IMG/VR virus record: IMGVR_UViG_3300037991_005648
Coordinates: 1 to 42,470 of that record
Origin: a virus
Lineage: Duplodnaviria; Caudoviricetes
Strand: one strand, 5' to 3'
Length of the DNA: 42,470 nucleotides
Part shown: positions 9,094-18,900 of the stretch, in pieces
Layout of the letters: each line of letters begins with the position of its first letter
How positions within the stretch are numbered: the first letter of the stretch is position 1
The notes under the pieces: generated by a model
What the model saw: the letters and a program-made list of their open reading frames with translations, nothing else
What the model was told of the DNA's origin: nothing
Database searches by the model: none
Program-made: the position numbers and the translations under genes

Positions 9094-9500
9094 TCAGTAG
9101 AAAATCTAAAAGTATATTAAGACTTGATAGTAAGGTATATGGGTTTGTTATGTTGCTATACAGTCAGCAGTTGTTCAATCAATTTTTTAACGCAGAAGAG
9201 AATGCAGAGTGGGAAAGAATTAGACCTATTGTAGGTGAACTACATGAAGCTCTAAGTGAAGAAAATAGATGGGATGGTTACACAAGAGCTATTGAATATA
9301 ATGGTTTAGATCCAATTACATTTACTGGTGTAAACGATTCTTATTATCTTATGTATTGTATATCTAATTACAGAGTACCAGGAATAGAGTTGGATTCTTG
9401 TGTAACGTCAGAACACGAGAAGATTTTGTACTATGTATTTCAAAACATAACGAAAAAATCTCACAAGTACTATAATAAGTTTGGATCACGGCTTATTTAA
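9090..9500 (+). CDS. Hypothetical protein
   Basis: ATGA overlap with the upstream gene; last gene of the plus-strand operon. Confidence 0.65.
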   Translation: MISRKSKSILRLDSKVYGFVMLLYSQQLFNQFFNAEENAEWERIRPIVGELHEALSEENRWDGYTRAIEYNGLDPITFTGVNDSYYLMYCISNYRVPGIELDSCVTSEHEKILYYVFQNITKKSHKYYNKFGSRLI

Positions 9501-10265
9501 CTACTTGATATAATCTTTATCATATGGTGCTAGTGGCCAAACTAAGTCTGTACCAGCTATCTCCTCTACTGCGTTTTTCCATATACCCTCATCGTATATA
9601 ACATATCCTAATGTTATTCTTGGAACATCAGCATATGCAGTGTGCCATACAATCTTTTCATGTTCTTCTTTACGTCCATAGTAACCAACTTTACAAGACC
9701 ACCCTTTAGCATCTGGAATTGTTACTACGTTTGCTTCATTACCACCAGTTAAGTTGGGCTTAGGTGATTCAGATCCTGTTGGATCAATATGTCTCCAGAA
9801 CCCTTCTCCTGTAGGATTATATGTAAACAATATATTGTAACTTGGTACATTCCAGTTAGTATGCCAAGATATATATCCTTTTGGAGGATACCACATCTTC
9901 AATGCACAAAATCTATACCCAAGATAAGCTCCAAGATTATCATCTAACCATTTAGACTTTTCCATCAACGGTGCGCCTACTTCTTGATCAGTATGACCAC
10001 TCTTCATCCAAGTACCAATTTGGTTTAGATCAAATCCATAACTGTCAGGAGGATAACCATCATGCTCCATATGATTAATAGTTTGTAAGCATTCCACAGA
10101 GCAAGCATATTCAGATCGTCCTTCTTTATAAAATTTTCCTCCTCGAGCTTTGTACTTTTTATCTGGACCAAAGTTTTCTTCTAAGTTTAAACTCCAAACA
10201 AACTCTTTCCATTCATCTAAGTACGTCAAAATTTCCGATTGTATTTGATATATCGGGGTCATCAA
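9501..10265 (-). CDS. Cupin/2OG-Fe(II) oxygenase-like protein (HxN...H)
   Basis: WYPPKGYISWHTN, then IVWHTAY and PRITLGY, consistent with a double-stranded beta-helix metal site. The likely start is the ATG at 10262. Confidence 0.55.
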   Translation of the reverse strand: MMTPIYQIQSEILTYLDEWKEFVWSLNLEENFGPDKKYKARGGKFYKEGRSEYACSVECLQTINHMEHDGYPPDSYGFDLNQIGTWMKSGHTDQEVGAPLMEKSKWLDDNLGAYLGYRFCALKMWYPPKGYISWHTNWNVPSYNILFTYNPTGEGFWRHIDPTGSESPKPNLTGGNEANVVTIPDAKGWSCKVGYYGRKEEHEKIVWHTAYADVPRITLGYVIYDEGIWKNAVEEIAGTDLVWPLAPYDKDYIK

Positions 10266-11091
10266 TTATCCCTTCGTCTTGAGGTTTTCCTGGTATTGTG
10301 TAATGGTGAATAACTTTCTGATGTTTTTCACTTAGTTCCCATTCGCGGTATCCGTTAACAAAATTCCACTTAGGGTGAATCTCTTTAATCTTTACTTCAT
10401 AATTTGTATAGAAGTTTGTTCTCCAAAATGCGTAAGTGTCCCAGAACCACAATGAACTTGGATGTTCAAATTTATCTCTCCAGTTCTTCTTACTAGTAAT
10501 TTGTTCTTTATAATTTTGATACCATGCATGTAACATCTTTAATGTATGGGGCTTATTATTATATATAAACATTCCACAATGCCATAACATTCTGTAAACA
10601 CCGTTCTTAGCATTCTCTTCCCATGAGTGCACAGCATACAATGGTTTACCATCTGGCTCACCATTTTCCCAGATCATCTTCTTGTGTTCTTCTTCAAAGT
10701 GGGTTAGTTCTTTTTCTTTAGTAAAGTACACAACCTTAGCGTTATAAGGTCTATTTGTTGTCATTACCATATCATGAGAATCAGGAAGTTCATCAAAGAT
10801 ATATTTTATATCTTCATGCTCACAATATGTATCTGCATCCATATAACAGGTTTTATCATAGTGTGTTTGATCAAGAGCCCATAGCTTTGCTCTACAGTGA
10901 GCAGGTACTCCTGTTACAATCCTATCAAAGATTTGATTATCACGTGTCTCATTAACCCAATCTTTATGAGTAAACAAAGTACATTTAGCTTCTGGCCAAT
11001 AGTCTTTGATTGATTCAGCCGACATAACAGCTGCGTCATAATAAGGTTTTGTTAATGATCCTACGTATAAGAAACCATTATTTTGTGTCAT
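10213..11091 (-). CDS. GT-A fold (GT8-like) glycosyltransferase
   Basis: SAESIKDY, RAKLWAL, DxD (YMDADTY), HCGMF, WDTYAFW, KWNF and HHYT motifs. Probable start MTQNNG at 11091; the ORF track start is 11115. Confidence 0.8.
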   Translation of the reverse strand: MTQNNGFLYVGSLTKPYYDAAVMSAESIKDYWPEAKCTLFTHKDWVNETRDNQIFDRIVTGVPAHCRAKLWALDQTHYDKTCYMDADTYCEHEDIKYIFDELPDSHDMVMTTNRPYNAKVVYFTKEKELTHFEEEHKKMIWENGEPDGKPLYAVHSWEENAKNGVYRMLWHCGMFIYNNKPHTLKMLHAWYQNYKEQITSKKNWRDKFEHPSSLWFWDTYAFWRTNFYTNYEVKIKEIHPKWNFVNGYREWELSEKHQKVIHHYTIPGKPQDEGIIDDPDISNTIGNFDVLR

Positions 11092-11848
11092 CTTTTTGAG
11101 TATACTCCAGAGCAATCAACGCACCAACTGTAGCAATAACCTCCATTGTAGATTTTGCTTTACGAATACGAGACTTTAGTTCTCTATTCGTTGAGTTGGT
11201 AACAACAGGAAGTTCAAATGCTTCAACCTTTGCACCAAACAATCCTTCTTGTTTCACTTTATTTTCTTGATCTTTCATTTCAGATTCTTCACGCTCACGG
11301 AGGCGATGAATCTTGTTGATTTCTCTTTGTGTATTTTTATTCAATTCACTTTCTGGAAATAGTTTCTTTAGATGGTGCCATGCTGCTTCATGCATTGGTG
11401 CTGAGTCAATAGTATGGTTCTCAACACGATCATCTGGCATTCTCAAAAAGAAAGTAAGAACTGATCTTGCATCATTAGTGAAAAATGCATAGATTGGTTC
11501 ACCGTCTCCAAAAGGCCAATCTGGCTCTTTGACTTTTTTTTCAGCCACTCTTGTCTCCTCACGTCTGTCTTCATCTACTGGATCACGAGTCCAAGAATTA
11601 TTATGGATGTCAGCCTTTCGTACTAATCCAAGACGATCACTTCGATCCTTACTAAGGCTTTCTTTGTATACTTCCTTTTCCACACTCTCCTTATCATGAG
11701 GAGCATCGTGGTCAATTTCTTCTTCGAACTCTGGGATGTTCTTGTCTAGTTCTTTATTGACTAGCTCAGCTTCTGAACTGGCAACATTGTCACCAACATC
11801 AACCCTGAACCCATGTTGGGCAGGATCTATTTCTTGCACTTGTTCCAT
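11078..11848 (-). CDS. Hypothetical acidic protein with a helical C-terminal domain; possible fibre chaperone or adaptor
   Basis: AGGAG RBS; directly follows the 1356-aa repeat gene. The function is inferred from position only. Confidence 0.6.
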   Translation of the reverse strand: MEQVQEIDPAQHGFRVDVGDNVASSEAELVNKELDKNIPEFEEEIDHDAPHDKESVEKEVYKESLSKDRSDRLGLVRKADIHNNSWTRDPVDEDRREETRVAEKKVKEPDWPFGDGEPIYAFFTNDARSVLTFFLRMPDDRVENHTIDSAPMHEAAWHHLKKLFPESELNKNTQREINKIHRLREREESEMKDQENKVKQEGLFGAKVEAFELPVVTNSTNRELKSRIRKAKSTMEVIATVGALIALEYTQKDDTK

Positions 11849-11856
11849 TATAACTC

Positions 11857-14800
11857 CTAAGCAATTCTAACCCATAATTTAAGTGTAGTGACAGTACCAA
11901 CATAATTAACTGGTGTATCACTGTATGTATTTATATAGTCTTTATCATAGTTGGTTTCATACGTCTTTGAGAAAACCTTATCATAGTTAGACTCAAAATA
12001 ACCAGTAAATGTACCTTCATATGATTTCTTGTATGCTTTAGTAAAATCAACAAAGCCTTCATACGACTTTTCATAGTTAGTCTCGTAGAGCTTTGCAAAG
12101 TCTTGTTGCCATGCTTTTTCAAAAAGTCCCTCTCCAACATAACTAGGTCCTGACCAATCTTGTATATATTCAGCCGTATAAGTTTTTGTAAATGCTTTAT
12201 CATAATTTGCATCTGCTACATAATCTTTATCATATGATTTACTATAGTCTCTTTCATAATCTTTATCATAGTTCTTCGTATATGAAACATCAGTTAGATA
12301 ATTTTTCTCATAAGCCTTACTATAGTTCTTTTCATAATCTTTATCAAATGTACCTGTATACTCATGTACACTTGACCATGTTTTTGTCCACGTCTTAGTA
12401 TAAACCTTCTCATATTCTTTTGCATAGTCTCCTAAGAAGGTAAGAACCTTTATAAAGGCATTATCATAATTTTTACTATACACCTTTTCCCAGCTCTTAG
12501 TAAACAGTTTATTGTAGTTTACAAAGCCAGAAAATGTACCAATATAATCTGCACTAAAATCTTTTAGATAGTTTTTCATATACAATTTAGTATAGTTAGC
12601 AAACCCAGAAAATTCTGTATGGTATGTTGCATCCCAGTCTTTTGCATATGCTGCTGTATAATCTTTGTTATATGATCTACTATAGTGTTTGATATAATCT
12701 TTATTATAGTTTGCTAGGTAAGCTCCTAAGTAATCTTTAGCATATGCCTTCTGATAGGCTTTAGTCCAGGTTTTGGTGTAGTCTTTTTCATAAGCTGCAA
12801 CGTAGTCTTTTTCATAGGTTTTGGTCCATACTTTTTCGTAGTTCTTTTCATAATTAGCTTCCCAGTTTCTATTATATACACCTAACCATGCTTTCGTATA
12901 TGTACCAACATAGTCTTTGTCATAACTTTTTACATAGTCTTTGTCATATGTTTTAACCCAATTCTTTTCATATGTACCAACATAATTTTTATCATAACCC
13001 TTTACGTAATTTTTTTCGTACGTTCCAACATAATCTTTATCATAAGCCTTTACCCAGTTTTTTTCATACGTTCCAACATAGTCTTTGACCCAGGACTTGA
13101 CATAATCTTTGTTATATATTCCAAGCCAGGCTTTTTCATAATCTTTATTGTATGATGCATCAAATGAGCCCTCGTACGCTTTAACATAATCAACATTATA
13201 TTCTTTTTGATATGCTTTTTCATATGACTTGTTCCAGTCTTTAACGTAAGTTGCATCGAAACCTCCTTCGTATGACTTAACATAATTCTTTTGCCAATTT
13301 GTTAGCCATGCTTTTACCCAATCCTTCTCATACGTTTTAACATAATCTTTTACATAGTCTGTAACATAATCTTTTATATAATCCTTAGCCCAATTCTTTT
13401 CATAGGTCTTTACATAATTCTTTTCATATGCTTTTTCATATGCTTTCTCATAATTTTTAATCCAATTCTTTTCATAATCTTTGTCATAGTTTTTTGTCCA
13501 TATCTTTGTATAGCTTGCCTCAAAACTACCTTCATATATTTTATCATAATTGGTTGTCTGACTACCAGAAGCAAACCCTCCATAGAATACAGGTCCTACC
13601 CATATTTTTGTGTATGCTCCAACCCATGCCTTATCATAAACTTTATCATAGTTTTTATCATATGTTTTTACGTAAGCAGCTACGTAATCTTTATTCCAAT
13701 CTTTGTTCCAAACCTTATCATATGCTTTAACATAATCTTTTTCATAGTTGGTTATGTATAATGTTTCATATGCCTTGAGCCAATTTTTTGTATATGTTTT
13801 TAAATAATTTTTTTCATATGCAGCAACATAATTTTTTTCATATGCTGCCTCATAATCTTTTACATAGTCTTTATTGTAAACACCAAGCCATACTTTGTCA
13901 TAATTTTTTGCATAATCCTTACCCCAAACTTTAACATAATCTTTAGCAAAGGTTTGTGCCCAAGCTCTATCATATACACCAAGCCATACCTTATCATACG
14001 TTTTTACATACGTTGCATCGAAAGAACCTTCATATGATTTTACGTAATTGGCTTCGTAATCTTTTGTCCAATTCTTATCATATGCTCCTACATAATCTTT
14101 TTCATATGTTTTAACCCAGTTCTTATCATAGGCTTTTACGTAATCTTTTTCATATGTTTTGATCCAATCTTTATCGTATGCTCCTACGTAATCTTTATCA
14201 TAACTTTTTACATAGTTCTTATCATATGTCTTAACCCAATTTTTGTCATAGTTTCCATCAAACGATCCTTCGTAATCTTTGGACCAATCTTGAGTCCATC
14301 CTCCAATATAGATTGTATCGTAATCTCTATCATATCCTTTAACCCAATTTTTTTGGTAAGTCTTTACATATATTGTGTCGTAGTTTTTTTCATAATCTTT
14401 AGTATAATCTGTTACCCAATTTTTGGTCCAAGATCCTTCATATGTTTTAACATACTCTTTTGCAAATTCACCTTCGTATGTTTTAGACCAATCCTTTAAA
14501 TAATCTTTACTCCAAGCCTTTGAAAATATAGCTTCATAGTTTACTGATCCCGAATAATCTTTTTCATATTCCTTACCATAATCTTTTGTCCATAATTTTG
14601 TAAATGTTTTGTTATATAAAACTTCACCAGAAAATGAACCAGTATAATCTGTTTCATAATTCTTAACAAAATTCTTTGCAAAAACAGCAACGTAGTTTAT
14701 AAATCCTTCATATGCACCAGTATATAAACGGTCATACATTTTTGTATAATCAGCAGAATATGATACATGAAAGTTTTCTGGTTTACTATATACACCTTCA

Positions 14801-15927
14801 TATGTTTTAGTGTATACTTTAGTATATGTTTTAGTCCATTCCTTAGTATATGTTTCCTCACCAACATAATCTTTTTCCCAACTACCAGCATATGCTTTTG
14901 TATATGTTTTATCATAAGTCTTGGTATATGTAGCATCACCAACGTATGTTTTAGTGTATGTCTTTATCCAATCTTTTTCATACTCACCTGCAAAGTCACT
15001 TTGGTAAGATGGTGCACCTCCATATACACCAATGTAATCTTTCGTGTATATTCTTTCCCAACTTTTTTGATAAATCTTTAAATAGTTTGCAGCACTTGTA
15101 TAAGTCTTGGAATAATCTTTTTCATAACTACCTACATATTGACCAACAAATGTACCAACAAATGTTTTTGTATAATCTTTATGCCACTCTTTTGTAAATG
15201 TCTTTACATAGTTTTTTGAATATGATGAGCTTGCTGAGTCAATAATTTTTGTATCTAATATTGTACCTTGATTTACCCACGTGCCTGTAGCTGGAGCATT
15301 AGCTTGAATAACGTACTTACCAATTCCTGTATCAATTATTCTATTTCTAAGTCTTGCTGCAAGGGTTTGTATTTCTGTGTTTGACATCTGCTTTAATGTT
15401 GTACCAGATATTCTTAAAGGTAACACTTGAGCAGGAGCAGTTGCTACTGAAGTCTTTCTATACAAATTGTATGATGTTGATGTACTATTAGTTGTATCCA
15501 CCAATGCTGGTGTTATAGCCTCATACCTGTCTGAATCAGGATTTGTTGTTGACAGGACATAAGACCCAATTCCGTTAGACACAAGATTAGAAAGAGCAGT
15601 ACTAATGATGTACGTGTTAAGATTTGCATCTGAAGTCTCTTGTATTGTGGTGCCAAGTTCCACTGGCCGAACCATACTACTTTCAGAAACAGAAGTTAAA
15701 TTTTGATATACTGTTGTAGTGGAGGATGTCGCTGTATTTGTATCTGTGAAAGATCCAATACTTTCACCTGTATCTGTTCCAACTGACAATGTTCCAGTAC
15801 CTGAAGTACTAGAAGCAAATTCAGTCAATACTCTATGAACTATGTGGGTTAGTTCTGTATCTGGAGTTTCTTGCAAAGCTATCCAAGTTCCACCTCCAGT
15901 AGTCTTTATCTTGAGCGGCCGTCCCAT
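11857..15927 (-). CDS. 1356-aa aromatic-x-Lys-x tetrapeptide repeat protein with mirror-symmetric arms; putative giant beta-hairpin fibre
   Basis: About 235-aa non-repetitive N-terminal domain, about 1100 aa of [YWF]-x-[KG]-x repeats and a short C-terminal strand. Located in the late structural cluster. Confidence 0.85.
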   Translation of the reverse strand: MGRPLKIKTTGGGTWIALQETPDTELTHIVHRVLTEFASSTSGTGTLSVGTDTGESIGSFTDTNTATSSTTTVYQNLTSVSESSMVRPVELGTTIQETSDANLNTYIISTALSNLVSNGIGSYVLSTTNPDSDRYEAITPALVDTTNSTSTSYNLYRKTSVATAPAQVLPLRISGTTLKQMSNTEIQTLAARLRNRIIDTGIGKYVIQANAPATGTWVNQGTILDTKIIDSASSSYSKNYVKTFTKEWHKDYTKTFVGTFVGQYVGSYEKDYSKTYTSAANYLKIYQKSWERIYTKDYIGVYGGAPSYQSDFAGEYEKDWIKTYTKTYVGDATYTKTYDKTYTKAYAGSWEKDYVGEETYTKEWTKTYTKVYTKTYEGVYSKPENFHVSYSADYTKMYDRLYTGAYEGFINYVAVFAKNFVKNYETDYTGSFSGEVLYNKTFTKLWTKDYGKEYEKDYSGSVNYEAIFSKAWSKDYLKDWSKTYEGEFAKEYVKTYEGSWTKNWVTDYTKDYEKNYDTIYVKTYQKNWVKGYDRDYDTIYIGGWTQDWSKDYEGSFDGNYDKNWVKTYDKNYVKSYDKDYVGAYDKDWIKTYEKDYVKAYDKNWVKTYEKDYVGAYDKNWTKDYEANYVKSYEGSFDATYVKTYDKVWLGVYDRAWAQTFAKDYVKVWGKDYAKNYDKVWLGVYNKDYVKDYEAAYEKNYVAAYEKNYLKTYTKNWLKAYETLYITNYEKDYVKAYDKVWNKDWNKDYVAAYVKTYDKNYDKVYDKAWVGAYTKIWVGPVFYGGFASGSQTTNYDKIYEGSFEASYTKIWTKNYDKDYEKNWIKNYEKAYEKAYEKNYVKTYEKNWAKDYIKDYVTDYVKDYVKTYEKDWVKAWLTNWQKNYVKSYEGGFDATYVKDWNKSYEKAYQKEYNVDYVKAYEGSFDASYNKDYEKAWLGIYNKDYVKSWVKDYVGTYEKNWVKAYDKDYVGTYEKNYVKGYDKNYVGTYEKNWVKTYDKDYVKSYDKDYVGTYTKAWLGVYNRNWEANYEKNYEKVWTKTYEKDYVAAYEKDYTKTWTKAYQKAYAKDYLGAYLANYNKDYIKHYSRSYNKDYTAAYAKDWDATYHTEFSGFANYTKLYMKNYLKDFSADYIGTFSGFVNYNKLFTKSWEKVYSKNYDNAFIKVLTFLGDYAKEYEKVYTKTWTKTWSSVHEYTGTFDKDYEKNYSKAYEKNYLTDVSYTKNYDKDYERDYSKSYDKDYVADANYDKAFTKTYTAEYIQDWSGPSYVGEGLFEKAWQQDFAKLYETNYEKSYEGFVDFTKAYKKSYEGTFTGYFESNYDKVFSKTYETNYDKDYINTYSDTPVNYVGTVTTLKLWVRIA
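11926..15222 (-). repeat. 12-nt-period (tetrapeptide) coding repeat, degenerate at the DNA level
   Basis: aa 236-1334, e.g. YEKD YVKT YDKN WVKA; includes 26-aa super-repeats (5 tetrads + 1 hexad) in both outer arms. Confidence 0.95.
11928..11935 (-). promoter_or_regulatory. Candidate late promoter TATAAATA for the 11848-9501 genes
   Basis: Exact consensus about 80 nt upstream of the 11848 start. It lies inside a CDS in AT-rich DNA, so it may be chance. Confidence 0.35.
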
Positions 15928-15936
15928 TTCAGAGGC

Positions 15937-18900
15937 CTAACTCTGGAACATATAATTAGAGTCACCGATGATGTTCCCTTGATATATCATTGTAACAAAA
16001 TCTGAATTGTATCCTTTAATTGCTGCACCAGGTAGTCCACCATCACCACTTCTTGCATATCTTGACTTTCTTAAAAATCTTTCACCACCACCTGTTCCAA
16101 CATTACCAAGATTACCACCAGCTCCTCCTATAGCTCTAGAGTTACCAAATGCCCAATCTGGAATTCCATGAATACCTCCATCAAGAATATTACCATTTTC
16201 TGGCTTCCTTAGTAAATGAGCCTCTGGTGATCCTGTTGTACCAGCTGTACCAAAATTCCAACCAGCACCACCTGATCCTGCAACACCAGATGTTTCTGCT
16301 GTACCAATATAACTAACTTCAACTTCTCTTGAATATGATGTTGATTCGTATGTTTGTTGGTAATCTTTTGTATACTCTTTGCTGTATATACCAGTATAAA
16401 TCTTTGCATAAATCTTAGTATATGTACCTGTGTAAGTATTGCCATATTCTTTTACATAATCTCTTAGATATGTGGCTGTGTAATCTGCACCATAGTTTTG
16501 TGAGTTACTTCCATCAGAGAAGCCTCCATAGTATACACCACCAACCCATATCTTAGACCATACTTTATCATAAGTCTTAGTATATGCCTTTTCCCAATTT
16601 CTATCAAAAGTACCTGTATATACTTTTACATATTCTTTGTTATAAGCTCCAGTATAATCCTTTACGTAATCTTTTTGCCAGTTCTTTTGATATGTACCAA
16701 CAAACGATGCTATAGCAACATAAGTTCTAGCTGACCCAACAACTTCAAATTGTCTTGCATACGTGCCTTCATATGTCTTAGTGTAGTCTTTAGTATAAGC
16801 CTTTACGTAATCTTTCTCATATGCTTTTTGCCATTCGTGTGTATAAATTCCTGTAAATCCAGCATTATAGTTTGTTACGTCTGTTGCATTTGAGTAACCA
16901 CCATAAAATACTGGACCTTCATATGAAGCACCATATTCACCTGCATAGGCAGCTTCATATTCTTTTACATATAGTTTTGTATATGTTTTTTCATAATCTT
17001 TAGAATATGTGTTATCAAATGTACCTGTAAAAGTTGCAGAGTATATTGTTCCTGCATCTATAAATGTTTTTATAAATGCACCATATACACCACCAGGTCC
17101 TTTGTACTCACCTTGATAGTTTTTCAACCATGTTCTTGTGTAAGTAGCTTCATATACTTTAACATAATCAGCTGGTTCACTTACCCAATTCTTCACATAA
17201 TCATCACTAAAAGATGCAACAAATTCAGCTTGATATGTTCCACGATATCCTTTAACATAGTCTTTACTGTAGTCTTTATTGAATGTACCAGCAAACTGTC
17301 CAGAGTATTCTTTAATGTAATCTTTTGTATATGTTGTTTCGTAGTCCTTAGTATATGTTACACTACCAAAACTAGCTACATATTCTTTTGTGTATGTACC
17401 AGTGAACTCTTTACTATAATCACCAATATAATCTTTGTCATAATGTCTTGAGTAAGTCTTGGTATATGTTCCAACCCAATCTTTGCTGTAATCTTTTTCA
17501 TAGCTCTTTGTGAATACACCAGTATATACTTTTTCATAATCTTTTGTATATGATCCAAGCCATGCTTTAGTGTATGTACCTTCATACACTTTTTCGTAAT
17601 CTTTATCGTATGTTTTAGTATATGTTTTTGAGAAGTCTCTTTCCCAAGTCTTTGTATATTCAATATCATAGTTTTGTGTGTATGTAGCAACAGAAGAGTC
17701 ATATGCTTTTGAATATCCTCTACCATAGCTCTTTATGTAAGCAGCTTCAAATGCTCCGGTGTAATCTTTACTGTAGTCCTTCTCATATGACTTAGTATAC
17801 GCTTTTGTGTAAGCCCCTGTATAAGATCCATCAAACGATCCTTCATATGCTTTTTGCCAAGCCTTAGTAAAATCCTTACTGTATTCCTTATCATAGTTTT
17901 TAGTGTATATCTTAGTATATGTTGCACCATCATAGCTATCACCTTGATATGCTTCTGTTGCACTTTCATACGTTTTAGTATATACACCTTGATAGGTTAC
18001 CGTAAATGTACCTTCATATTCTTTTGAATATTCTTTGTTAAATACACCAGCCCATTCATTTACGTAATCTTTGGACCAAGTTTTATTATATTCTTTTTGA
18101 TATTCTTTCTCAAATGAACCAGTGTAGTTTGTACCAGTGTAGTTTTGAATATAATCTTTTGCATATTCTTTATTATACAAAGCACCTTCAAATGTAGAAC
18201 CGTAAGAAGATTCCCAAACCTTAGTATACGTACTTTGATAATCTTTAGTATAAGTCTTAGACCATAGTTTTGTGTAAGCAGCTGTGTATGCTTTTTGATA
18301 ATTTTCAACTTTGATTATAAATCCTTCACCAGCAAAACCTCCATATGCTTTATTGTAAGGAGCTGAAGAATATATCTTTGTATACTCAGGAATACCTTGT
18401 AAGAAAGATCCAGTCCATGTTTTCTTAAACACTGTTGGGATCCATGCATTACCAACACCACCCATGTAGTCTTTAGAATATGTTGTTTCCCAATTCTTGT
18501 CCCAAGCCTTAGTGTAAGCTGTTTCGTAATCTCTTGCCCAATTCTTTTCATAGTTAGCAGCAGAGCTATCCCAAGCCTTAGCGTATATCTTGGCATAATC
18601 TTTTGAGTATGCCTTTGTATAATCTGTAGAATATTCATTACCATATGCTTTTGTATAATCTTTAGCATAAGCATCAGCACCAGCAAAGGATTCAAACAAT
18701 CCTGGTGATACAAAGCTAACAGACTTGGTGTAAGCTACTTGGCCAGTAAATGTTTTATCATACGTGACATTATAGTCAGCTGCATATTCAACACCACCAT
18801 CACCATATGCTCTAGCTGATGTGAATGAACCAGTTGCACCTACATATGTACCAGCATCTTCATCGATGTAATACAATGTACCTGTATATTCTTTTGTATA

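Noticed and set aside
4344-11115. DNA hypermodification or anti-restriction cluster
   Set aside because: Not excluded, but disfavoured. T4 DNA glucosyltransferases are GT-B, no hydroxymethylase, kinase or deazaguanine genes are nearby, and the island is embedded among late virion genes.
11926-15222. DNA inverted repeat or inverted duplication as the cause of the mirror symmetry
   Set aside because: Both arms read aromatic-x-K-x in the same direction on the same strand; only the spacing pattern is mirrored, not the nucleotide sequence.
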